Shown here: positions 18,491-27,042 of the stretch, piece after piece | Layout: each line of letters opens with the position of its first letter | Numbering within the stretch: position 1 is the stretch's first letter | Source of the DNA: Geminicoccus sp. | GTDB lineage: Bacteria > Pseudomonadota > Alphaproteobacteria > UBA7985 | Length of the DNA stretch: 64,000 nt | Assembly: GCA_002708995.1 (NCBI GenBank) | Contig: PAPT01000042.1 | Coordinates: 24,039-88,038 of the forward strand | Direction of reading: 5' to 3' | Position numbers and translations under genes: made by a program | The notes under the pieces: model-generated | The model's database searches: none | Told to the model about the DNA's origin: nothing | What the model saw: only the letters and a program-made list of their open reading frames with translations

Positions 18491-19270
18491 GTGAGCAAGG
18501 ACAAGTTTAGAAAGGTTGAGCACACGCGCATGGCCGAGGCCGTGGTTGATCAGGTCGAAGAGATGATTCTGCACGGCACCCTGCGCGACGGCGAACGCCT
18601 GCCCAGCGAGCGCGACCTCGCCGACCGGCTCGACGTTTCCCGCCAGACCCTGCGCGAGGCGCTCAAGGCGCTCGAGGAAAAGGGTTTGGTCGAGTCCCGG
18701 CAGGGCGGGGGCACCTTCATCGCCAATATTGTCGGCTCGGCCATCTCCGAGCCGCTGGTCGAGCTGTTCTCGCGCCACGAGGAAGCCTACCTCGACTACA
18801 TGGAATTCCGCCTGCTGCTCGAAGCCAAGGCCGCCGGGCTGGCCGCCGAACGCGCCACGCCGTTCGACCGGCAGATCATCCGCGCCCGCTTCGACGCCAT
18901 GGCCGCCGCGCACGACCAGGACGATGCCGCCCGCGACGCCGAACTAGACGCCGACTTTCACTTCTCGATCGCCGAGGCGACCCACAACCCGATGATGATC
19001 TTTTCGCTTCGGTCGATCTTTGAGCTGATCCGCCGGGGCGTGTTCTACAATCGCTACGTCGTCTACCTCGAAGCCGGCGGGCGCGACCGCCTGCTCGATC
19101 AGCACCGTGAGATCTGTGAGGCGATCGAGGCCGGGGATGTGCCCGGTGCGGAAGCCGCGATGGCGGTGCACCTGACCTTCATCATTGATTTCTTCAGCGG
19201 CGCGCTGAAAATGCGTCAGCGTTTTGAGACTGCACGGCTGCGCGCCGAGGCGCAGGGCTTCAAGCTCTGA
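18491..19270 (+). CDS. glcC: GntR/FadR-family (FCD) regulator, GlcC-like
   Basis: GERLPSERDLA..VSRQTLREAL HTH, DADFH FCD motif; lies directly upstream of glcDEF. Confidence 0.85.
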   Translation: MSKDKFRKVEHTRMAEAVVDQVEEMILHGTLRDGERLPSERDLADRLDVSRQTLREALKALEEKGLVESRQGGGTFIANIVGSAISEPLVELFSRHEEAYLDYMEFRLLLEAKAAGLAAERATPFDRQIIRARFDAMAAAHDQDDAARDAELDADFHFSIAEATHNPMMIFSLRSIFELIRRGVFYNRYVVYLEAGGRDRLLDQHREICEAIEAGDVPGAEAAMAVHLTFIIDFFSGALKMRQRFETARLRAEAQGFKL

Positions 19271-19286
19271 GGGCAGCATTTTGAAG

Positions 19287-19309
19287 ATTGGTCTTGTTTT
19301 CAGACCAAT
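19287..19309. promoter_or_regulatory. Palindromic operator, probably bound by the GlcC-like regulator
   Basis: Perfect inverted repeat ATTGGTCT-N7-AGACCAAT in the AT-rich spacer; TGGT...ACCA core is typical of FadR-family sites. Confidence 0.75.
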
Positions 19310-19363
19310 TTAATGCTTCAAAATCAGTATGCTTTTAAAAAACATGTTGAAATTGGTCCGCTT

Positions 19364-20833
19364 ATGCTGAATCTGCCCAGCCCCCGTGCTGAGGTGCTCG
19401 ATCGACGGCAGCAGATCGCGCGTGACCTGCGCGCTTTGCTCGGTCGCGACGACTTGCTCATCACATCAGCGAACGAGCTGAAAGGCTATGAGACCGATGG
19501 TCTCGCCTGCTACCGCACCGTGCCCATGCTCGCGGTGCTGGCCGAAGACACGGCGCAGGTTGCTGCGGTGCTCCGATACTGCCACGACAACGAAGTGCCG
19601 GTGATGGCGCGCGGGGCGGGGACGTCGCTGGCCGGCGGCGCCCTGCCGCAGCAGGACACAGTGGTGCTCGGGCTGTCGAAGATGAACGAGATCCTTGAGG
19701 TCTGCGCCGAGAACCAGACTGCCCGGGTGCAGGCCGGCGTCACCAACCGCAACATCTCCACCGCCGTGGACGACCTTGGCCTGTTCTACGCGCCCGATCC
19801 CTCCAGCCAGATCGCCTGCACCATCGGCGGCAACGTCGCCATGAACTCGGGCGGGGCGCACTGCCTGAAGTATGGGGTGACGACGAACCACATCCTCGGG
19901 GTCACCTTCGTGACCATGGAGGGTGCGGTGGTTGAGATCGGCGGCGAGGCCTTCGACCTGCCCGGTTACGACCTGCTCGGCCTGATCGTCGGTGCCGAGG
20001 GGCAGCTTGGCGTCGTCACTGAAGTCACCGTCCGGCTGATGCCCAAGCCCGAAGCCGCCCGGCCTCTGCTCGCTGGCTTTGACTCGGCGCTGGATGCTGG
20101 CGCCTGCGTGGCCGCGATCATGGCCACCGGGCGGACCCCGGTCGCCATCGAGTTCATGGACCGCCCCGCCATCCTCGCCTGTGAACGCTTTACCGGCGCC
20201 GGGTACCCGACCGATGCGCAGGCTCTGCTGATCATCGAAGTCGAGGGCAGCGAGGCCGAAATCGAAATTGAGCTGGCCTTTGTCGAGGCCATGGCGCGGG
20301 AGCACGGCGCAACCTCGATCAGCGTCGCCGAGGACATTGTTTCGGCCGAGAACATCTGGAAGGGCCGCAAGAGTGCCTTCGGCGCCATCGGCCAGATTTC
20401 GCCGGACTATCTGTGCATGGACGGCACCATCCCGGTGACTAAGCTGCCCGACGTGCTGGAGCAGATTTACGCCATCGGCGACCGCTACGGCTTTGAAATC
20501 GCCAATATTTTCCACGCGGGCGACGGCAACATGCACCCGCTGATCATGTACGACAGCCACCAGCCCGGCGTGCTCGACCGGGTGGAGGACTGCGGCGCCG
20601 AGATCCTGTGCGTCTGCGTCGAGGCCGGGGGCTGCATCACCGGCGAACATGGGGTCGGGATCGAGAAGCGCGATCACATGCCGCTGATGTTCTCGCCCGA
20701 AGACCTCGAGCAGATGAAGGCGCTCAAGCGCGGCTTTGACCCCAAGTGGCTGCTCAACGGCGGCAAGGTGTTCCCGCTGACCGAGACCGGTATTCCAGCC
20801 GGGCAGATCGACCCGACCCAGGGGCTGCACTGA
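19364..20833 (+). CDS. glcD: Glycolate oxidase FAD subunit
   Basis: ARGAGTSLAGG, YAPDPSSQIACTIGGN, GAHCLKYGVT, FHAGDGNMHP, GEHGVGIEK. Confidence 0.95.
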   Translation: MLNLPSPRAEVLDRRQQIARDLRALLGRDDLLITSANELKGYETDGLACYRTVPMLAVLAEDTAQVAAVLRYCHDNEVPVMARGAGTSLAGGALPQQDTVVLGLSKMNEILEVCAENQTARVQAGVTNRNISTAVDDLGLFYAPDPSSQIACTIGGNVAMNSGGAHCLKYGVTTNHILGVTFVTMEGAVVEIGGEAFDLPGYDLLGLIVGAEGQLGVVTEVTVRLMPKPEAARPLLAGFDSALDAGACVAAIMATGRTPVAIEFMDRPAILACERFTGAGYPTDAQALLIIEVEGSEAEIEIELAFVEAMAREHGATSISVAEDIVSAENIWKGRKSAFGAIGQISPDYLCMDGTIPVTKLPDVLEQIYAIGDRYGFEIANIFHAGDGNMHPLIMYDSHQPGVLDRVEDCGAEILCVCVEAGGCITGEHGVGIEKRDHMPLMFSPEDLEQMKALKRGFDPKWLLNGGKVFPLTETGIPAGQIDPTQGLH

Positions 20834-21783
20834 TGGCCGGGTCACAGGCCACAGCCGAGCCCAGCGAGACTGCAGCAGACAGCCCCGAAGTCCTGTCCGG
20901 GGCTACGGCGGAGGCTTTCAGCACACCAGAGGCGCTGGCCGGGTTCGTCCGGGAGACGACCGAACCGCTGGCGCTTGGCGGCAGAGGGTCCAAGGCCGGG
21001 ATCGGCTTTCCGGTCGAGGGCAGGGCGGTCACCACCAGCGGACTGAAGGGCATTACCTATTTCGAGCCGCAGGAATTCGTGCTCGGCGCCCGCGCCGGGA
21101 CGCGACTGTCGGTGCTCGAAGCGGCGCTGGCTGAACACGATCTGATCCTGCCGTTCTCACCGCCACGCTTCGGGGGTGACCCGAGCCTCGGTGGGGTGAT
21201 TGCCACCAATATCGGCGGGGCCGAGCGGGAGAGCCTTGGCGCCCCGCGCGACAACGTTCTGGGCGCGCAGTACATCAACGGCCGGGGCGAGCTGCTCAAG
21301 GCCGGTGGCCGGGTGGTCAAGAACGTCTCGGGCTACGATCTGCCGCGCGCACTATGCGGGTCGTGGGGAACGCTGGCCATCCTGACTGAAATCACGATCA
21401 AGGTCGTGCCCAAGGCGCGGGCGGTGGCGCAGGATGCGCCGGGGCTTGATGCGGTCTGGGCATCTCCCTTCGTGTGGCGGGTTAGCCTGCCGCGGGACCG
21501 CGCGTCGGCGTTGCTGGCGGGCTGGAGCAGCCCGAGCGCACAGCAGTGGTCCGGGTCGCTGGTCTGGCTGGGTGCTGATGCGGCGGGCGCAAACGATATT
21601 CACGAGCGCGCAGCGGCGCTGGGCGGGCACGCGCTGCTGGTGCAGAGCCCCGACGAGCACCGCCGCGAACACGGCTGCTTCCAGCCGCTGAGCACGGGCG
21701 TTCAGGCTCTGCAGCGGCAGGTCAAGGCCGCTTTTGACCCCGGTCATCGCTTCAACCCCGGCCGCATGTACAAGGACCTCTGA
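20833..21783 (+). CDS. glcE: Glycolate oxidase subunit GlcE (apparently shortened)
   Basis: TGATG coupling; GGRVVKNVSGYDL, GSWGTL, FDPGHRFNPGRM. Confidence 0.9.
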   Translation: MAGSQATAEPSETAADSPEVLSGATAEAFSTPEALAGFVRETTEPLALGGRGSKAGIGFPVEGRAVTTSGLKGITYFEPQEFVLGARAGTRLSVLEAALAEHDLILPFSPPRFGGDPSLGGVIATNIGGAERESLGAPRDNVLGAQYINGRGELLKAGGRVVKNVSGYDLPRALCGSWGTLAILTEITIKVVPKARAVAQDAPGLDAVWASPFVWRVSLPRDRASALLAGWSSPSAQQWSGSLVWLGADAAGANDIHERAAALGGHALLVQSPDEHRREHGCFQPLSTGVQALQRQVKAAFDPGHRFNPGRMYKDL

Positions 21784-21786
21784 GCC

Positions 21787-23100
21787 ATGCAGACTTTCTT
21801 CAAGGATGGCGTGGAACGAGACCCCGCAACCCAGCGCTCCGAGGCGATTTTTCGCAGCTGTGTGCACTGTGGGCTGTGCACCGGGACCTGCCCTACCTAC
21901 CAGCTGCTCGGTGACGAGTTGGACAGCCCCCGGGGGCGGATTTACCTGCTCAAGGACATGCTGGAGAACGACCGCAAGCCGACCAAGGACGTGGTCGAAC
22001 ACCTGGACCGCTGCCTGAGCTGTCTGGCCTGCACCACGACCTGTCCCTCGGGCGTGGACTACATGCACCTGATCGACCATGGGCGGCAGGTGATCGAACG
22101 CGACTACCAGCGGCCCTTGCCTGAGCGGCTCTATCGCAGCTTTCTGGCGCGCGTGTTGCCGCGCCCCGGCCTGTTCCGCTGGCTGTTGCGGTTGGCGCCG
22201 CTGGGGGCATGGATGCGCCCGGTGCTGCCCAAGGCGCTCAAAGCCGCCCTCGCGCTCAGCCCCGACCGGCTGCCGGCCCCGGCCGGAACCGACCGGCCCG
22301 GTGTGCATGCGCCGGCGCAGATGAACGCAGGCGGGACACGCGGCCGCGTTGCCCTGTTTCCCGGCTGCGCGCAGCAGGTGCTGGAGCCTGAAATCAACGC
22401 CTCGACCATCCGCCTGCTCACCCGGCTGGGCTACGAAGTTGAGGTGCTGGCGGCTTCGTGCTGCGGGGCGCTGACCCACCACATGGGCAAGGCTACGCAG
22501 GCCGAAGCCACCGCCACGCAGATGATCGACACCGTGCTGAATGCCCACGACCGGGCGCCGCTGGATGCGCTGGTGATCACCGCATCGGGCTGCGGCACGA
22601 CCGTCAAGGACTACGGCGCCATGTTTCAGGATCACCCGGCGATGAAGGCCCGGGCCAAGCAGGTCGCCGGGCTGGCGCAGGACATCACCGAGCTGGTGAC
22701 ACCCACCGACCTCGAAGCTTCCAAGCACCAGGACGCCATGCTCGAGGGGATGCAGGTGACCTACCATAGCGCCTGCTCCATGCAGCACGGGCAGAAGATC
22801 ACCACAGCGCCGAAGACCCTGCTGCGCGCGCTGGGCGCACAGGTGCGCGAACCCGCCGAGGGTCATCTGTGCTGTGGTTCAGCGGGCACCTATAACCTGC
22901 TACAGCCTGAGATTGCCGGACAGCTGCGCGACCGCAAGCTGCGCAACATCGCCCGGACTGAGCCGAGCCTGATCGCCACCGGCAACATTGGCTGCATGAA
23001 GCAGCTGGAAAAGGGGGTGGAAGTGCCGCTGGTTCACACCGTACAGCTGCTCGATTGGGCCACCGGTGGGCCAAGACCCCACCAGCTGGACGGACGCTGA
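21787..23100 (+). CDS. glcF: Glycolate oxidase Fe-S subunit
   Basis: CVHCGLCTGTCP and CLSCLACTTTCP ferredoxin motifs; two CCG domains. Confidence 0.95.
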   Translation: MQTFFKDGVERDPATQRSEAIFRSCVHCGLCTGTCPTYQLLGDELDSPRGRIYLLKDMLENDRKPTKDVVEHLDRCLSCLACTTTCPSGVDYMHLIDHGRQVIERDYQRPLPERLYRSFLARVLPRPGLFRWLLRLAPLGAWMRPVLPKALKAALALSPDRLPAPAGTDRPGVHAPAQMNAGGTRGRVALFPGCAQQVLEPEINASTIRLLTRLGYEVEVLAASCCGALTHHMGKATQAEATATQMIDTVLNAHDRAPLDALVITASGCGTTVKDYGAMFQDHPAMKARAKQVAGLAQDITELVTPTDLEASKHQDAMLEGMQVTYHSACSMQHGQKITTAPKTLLRALGAQVREPAEGHLCCGSAGTYNLLQPEIAGQLRDRKLRNIARTEPSLIATGNIGCMKQLEKGVEVPLVHTVQLLDWATGGPRPHQLDGR

Positions 23101-23373
23101 ACGCCGGTTCCACAATAGCCCGCCTACAGTTTGCAACTTAAGCCACGCTATTAGCCGCCTTTGGTCGAGGACGGGGATAAAACCGAGCTGAGCTTTGGCG
23201 CGAGCTACGCCATCTTGAGTCGGGCGCTGGCGCTGCAAGCCTCGCTGTCTGTGTACTTCGGAGCCGATGACGACCCGCTGACCTGCGAGATAGATCTCAC
23301 AATTCCGGTTTTTCTCTGCAACCCTCCGAGTGCCTTTGTAGCCGTGACGCGCTTTCAGGGCTTGGGCAGCAAA

Positions 23374-23428
23374 AATGCTCACTAGTACCGCTTTTTCTCT
23401 TGCTAGAGTGAAGGGGTACAGGAGCATT
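23374..23428 (+). promoter_or_regulatory. Long imperfect hairpin covering the RBS of the downstream ABC transporter gene
   Basis: AATGCTC/GAGCATT, GTACC/GGTAC, CTCT/AGAG stems; AGGAG at 23420-23424 lies in the 3' strand. Confidence 0.5.
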
Positions 23429-23436
23429 GTAGCAGC

Positions 23437-25389
23437 ATGGTTGAGTTCATTCCCGCACACAAGAAACCGATCGACGAGGAGACGCGCGCGCGCCTGCTGG
23501 AGGGCGAGAGTCGTCATCCCATGACCTTTGTCGAGCGCCTCGCCATGCCGCTGCTGCCCGCCCCGGAGAAGGGCGCGCCGCCGCGCCATCTGGGGGCGTT
23601 TTTCTGGCACTTCGCCAGCCAGATCAAAGGCCCGCTGCTGCTGGCGCTGTTCTTCAAGTTTCTGGAAGTCGGCGCGGACCTGATGATTCCGGTCGCGCTC
23701 GGCTACTTCGTCGACATCTTCGCGACCCAGGGCGTCGAGACCATGGATGAACGCATGCAACTGCTGGAGCAGCGCTTGCCTATCCTCATGATGTTGCTGG
23801 GCTTTTTCATGATCTTCCGACCGCTGGCTATCATTGGAAAGACCGCCGTGGTCGAGCTGGGTCTGATGGGCGGCTTTGGCAATTTCATCCGCTGGCAGGC
23901 GCATCGCCATATCATCGGGCAGGACGTGGGCTTCTTCGCAGATGACTTTGCCGGGCGGATTGCGAACCGGGTCATGCAGACCGGCATTTCGCTGCGCGAA
24001 GTGATCCTGACCTCGCTTGACGGGATCCTGTACGGGGCAATTTATCTGGTTGGTTCTATCGTCATCCTGTCGCTGACTTCGCTGTGGCTGACCGTGCCAC
24101 TGCTGGTCTGGACCGTGCTCTATCTGGCCATGATCATCTACTTCATGCCGAGGATTCAACGCGCCTCTGAAGAGCACTCTGAAATCCGCTCAGAGGTCAC
24201 GGGCCGCATTGTCGACAGCTACACCAACATTCAGACCGTCAAGCTGTTCGCCAACAAGGGCATGGAGGATCGCAACGTCGCCGAGTCCATCGATGACTTC
24301 AACTTCGGCTGGATCCGGGTGATGCGGCGGTCGGTGCTGATGTCTTCCATGCTGATCGTTCTCAACGCATTTCTGGTGGTCTTCACCGCTGGCTTGAGCC
24401 TGTGGCTTTGGTCGGTCGGCGGCGCGTCGGCGGGGACCATCGCCACGGCACTGCCGCTGGTTTCCACGCTGACGTGGTTCTCGGGCATAATGCTGTGGCT
24501 GCTGGGGCATATTTTCGAGAGCGCAGGATCGGTGTCCGAGGGCCGGCAGTCGATCGCTGTGCCCCACAAAATCGTCGACAAGCCCGGCGCGCCGGATCTG
24601 GACATTTCCGAGGGCGCCATCGCGTTCGAGGGGGTAACCTTCAACTACGGCAAGACCGAAACAGTGGTGCAGGACCTTAACCTGTCGGTCCGGCCGGGTG
24701 AGAAAATCGGGCTGATCGGGCACTCGGGCGCGGGCAAGTCGACGCTGGTCAACCTGCTGCTGCGCTTCTTCGACGTCGAGGGCGGTCGGATCACCGTCGA
24801 CGGGCAGGACATCCGCGCGGTCACGCAGGACAGCCTGCGCAACGTCATCGCGATGGTGACACAGGACACGAGCCTGCTGCACCGCTCGATCCGCGATAAC
24901 ATCCGCTACGGGCGGCCGGATGCCAGCGAGGATGAGTTGATCGCAGCGGCGAAGCAGGGTCAGGCCTGGGATTTCATCGTCGGGCTCAAGGACAACAAGG
25001 GCCGGGAAGGCCTCGACGCCCACGTCGGTGAGCGCGGTGTAAAGCTCTCCGGCGGCCAGCGGCAGCGCATCGCGCTGGCCCGGGTGATCCTCAAGAACGC
25101 GCCGATCCTGATCCTCGACGAGGCGACGTCGGCGCTGGATTCCGAGGTCGAGAATGCCATCCAGCAACAGCTGCTCGGGCTGATGACCGGCAAGACCGTC
25201 ATCGCCATTGCACACCGGCTGTCGACCATCGCCCGACTGGACCGGCTGGTGGTGCTCGAGGAGGGCCGGATTGCCGAAATGGGCAGCCACGACGAACTGC
25301 TCGCCAAGAAGGGTGTTTACGCCCGTCTGTGGGCGCTGCAGTCGGGTGGTTTCCTGCCCACCGCTGAGGTGACGACGACCGAGGACTGA
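23437..25389 (+). CDS. ABC exporter, fused permease/ATPase (MsbA/MdlB-like)
   Basis: N-terminal TM domain; GHSGAGKS, LSGGQRQR, ILDEATSALD, IAHRLST. Confidence 0.95.
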   Translation: MVEFIPAHKKPIDEETRARLLEGESRHPMTFVERLAMPLLPAPEKGAPPRHLGAFFWHFASQIKGPLLLALFFKFLEVGADLMIPVALGYFVDIFATQGVETMDERMQLLEQRLPILMMLLGFFMIFRPLAIIGKTAVVELGLMGGFGNFIRWQAHRHIIGQDVGFFADDFAGRIANRVMQTGISLREVILTSLDGILYGAIYLVGSIVILSLTSLWLTVPLLVWTVLYLAMIIYFMPRIQRASEEHSEIRSEVTGRIVDSYTNIQTVKLFANKGMEDRNVAESIDDFNFGWIRVMRRSVLMSSMLIVLNAFLVVFTAGLSLWLWSVGGASAGTIATALPLVSTLTWFSGIMLWLLGHIFESAGSVSEGRQSIAVPHKIVDKPGAPDLDISEGAIAFEGVTFNYGKTETVVQDLNLSVRPGEKIGLIGHSGAGKSTLVNLLLRFFDVEGGRITVDGQDIRAVTQDSLRNVIAMVTQDTSLLHRSIRDNIRYGRPDASEDELIAAAKQGQAWDFIVGLKDNKGREGLDAHVGERGVKLSGGQRQRIALARVILKNAPILILDEATSALDSEVENAIQQQLLGLMTGKTVIAIAHRLSTIARLDRLVVLEEGRIAEMGSHDELLAKKGVYARLWALQSGGFLPTAEVTTTED

Positions 25390-25648
25390 GCGCCTCGGGT
25401 TCGATTCCCGCATTTTTCGTCCGGCAATGGCGATTTGCCCGGAAACGAATAGTGGGAACCCGGAATGCACCGATACCCCCGCTAGATATAGTGCTTCCCA
25501 GAGGGAGGAGATTTCTCTGGGATGCGCGTGCGCGTGTCTCAGGCCGGAATGGAAGCTCTCGACCCGGGTTCGCCTGATCCGCGCACACGGGTGGTTTTAC
25601 AGCCTTTTCGAGCCCGGTTTAAGGCCGTGCTTTTTTTGGGAGGAAATC

Positions 25649-26875
25649 ATGAAAAAGCTGATTCTGGCTGGCGTTGCTGCGCTGGCATTTGGCGCGACTG
25701 CGCATGCTGAAGGCGAGCTCGTTATCGCCTCTAACGCTTCTGACCCGACGCCTATGGCCGCTCTGGCCGAAATCGTTGAGATGTTCGAAGCCGCTAACCC
25801 CGACATCAACGTCACCATCAACACCACCGAGCACGAAGCATACAAGACCGCGATCCGTAACTTCCTGGTTGCTGACCAGGGCCCGGACGTCGGCATGTGG
25901 TTCGCTGGTAACCGGATGGCCGGCTTCGTTGAAAATGGCCTGTTCATGGACATTTCCGACGTTTGGTCCGACGGTGGCCTGCTCGACGCAATGTCGTCCA
26001 CCGCTGCGTCCGTTACTTTTGACGGCAAGCAGTACGGCGCACCCTACGCGTTCTACCAGTGGGGCGTGTACGCGCGCGGTGACGTCATGGAAGCCAACGG
26101 CATCGGCGTTCCAGACACCTACGAGGAGCTGCTGGCTGCTTGTGAAACCCTCAGCGCCAACGGCATCACCCCGTTCACCATCGGCACCAAGTACCTGTGG
26201 ACCGCTGCGGGCTGGTTCGACTACGTTAACATGCGGACCAACGGCCTCGAGTACCACATCGACCTGATGCTCGGTAAGATCCCGTACACCGACGATGGTG
26301 TCCGTGCGACCTTCGCCAACTGGGCTCGCGCTGTCGACGCTGGTTGTTTCCTTGAAGGCCACCAGAACCTGTCCTGGCAGGAAGCTCAGGCTCCCCTGAT
26401 CGCAGGTGAAGCAGCCATGTACCTCATGGGTAACTTCCTGATCGGCAACCTGCCGGCAGAAACCCAGGAGCAGATGACCTTCTTCCAGTTCCCGGATATC
26501 GACGCTTCCATCCCACGGGGTGAAGACGCGCCAACTGACCTGTACTTCGTTCCGTCCAACGCTCAGAACGTTGAAAACGCCAAGAAGTTCCTGGCGTTTG
26601 CGACCTCCGCTGAAGCGCTTAACAAGACCCAGGCTGCCACCGGCATGCTGTCGCCACACTCCGGCTCTGAAGCACCAACCGACCGCTTCATGCAGGCTGG
26701 CGCAGAAATGCTGGCGAGGTCGGTAACGGCTCAGTTCTACGACCGTGACACCACCCCTGAAATGGCCTCCGCAGGCATGAAGGGCATGGTTGAATTCATG
26801 CTCGATCCGTCCGCGATCGACGACATCCTCGAAGACCTCGAAGATGCGCGTGAAGAGATCTTCGGCGCCCTCTAA
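25649..26875 (+). CDS. Carbohydrate ABC transporter substrate-binding protein
   Basis: Signal peptide MKKLILAGVAALAFGATAHA, GGGAGG RBS, family-1 SBP features; codon usage (GCT/GTT/AAC) suggests high expression. Confidence 0.92.
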   Translation: MKKLILAGVAALAFGATAHAEGELVIASNASDPTPMAALAEIVEMFEAANPDINVTINTTEHEAYKTAIRNFLVADQGPDVGMWFAGNRMAGFVENGLFMDISDVWSDGGLLDAMSSTAASVTFDGKQYGAPYAFYQWGVYARGDVMEANGIGVPDTYEELLAACETLSANGITPFTIGTKYLWTAAGWFDYVNMRTNGLEYHIDLMLGKIPYTDDGVRATFANWARAVDAGCFLEGHQNLSWQEAQAPLIAGEAAMYLMGNFLIGNLPAETQEQMTFFQFPDIDASIPRGEDAPTDLYFVPSNAQNVENAKKFLAFATSAEALNKTQAATGMLSPHSGSEAPTDRFMQAGAEMLARSVTAQFYDRDTTPEMASAGMKGMVEFMLDPSAIDDILEDLEDAREEIFGAL

Positions 26876-26927
26876 GGCCTGAAGTCATCAAGACCCAGGG
26901 CGGCTGGTCTGCAGCCGCCTCCGTATT

Positions 26928-26968
26928 GACCCTGACGGACCCTTGGTTTGTCAGGGTTTTCTCTTTTT
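26928..26968 (+). terminator. Intrinsic terminator after the SBP gene
   Basis: GACCCTGAC...GTCAGGGTT followed by a T-rich tail; a second hairpin GGCGGCTG/CAGCCGCC lies at ~26899-26919. Confidence 0.75.
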
Positions 26969-26974
26969 ATTTGC

Positions 26975-27030
26975 CCTTCCGTCTTTCCCGCTTCCGTTCC
27001 TGTTTCCGTTTCCGTTTCCGTTCTCTCCCT
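26975..27030. repeat. Degenerate (TTTCCG)n hexamer, pyrimidine-rich tract
   Basis: ccttccgtctttcccgcttccgttcctgtttccgtttccgtttccgttctctccct. Confidence 0.75.
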
Positions 27031-27042
27031 TAGGAACCCGCC

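Noticed and set aside
25340-25420. Possible tRNA gene suggested by GGTTCGATTCCC
   Set aside because: No acceptor stem, D-arm or CCA end, and the upstream part lies within the ABC CDS.
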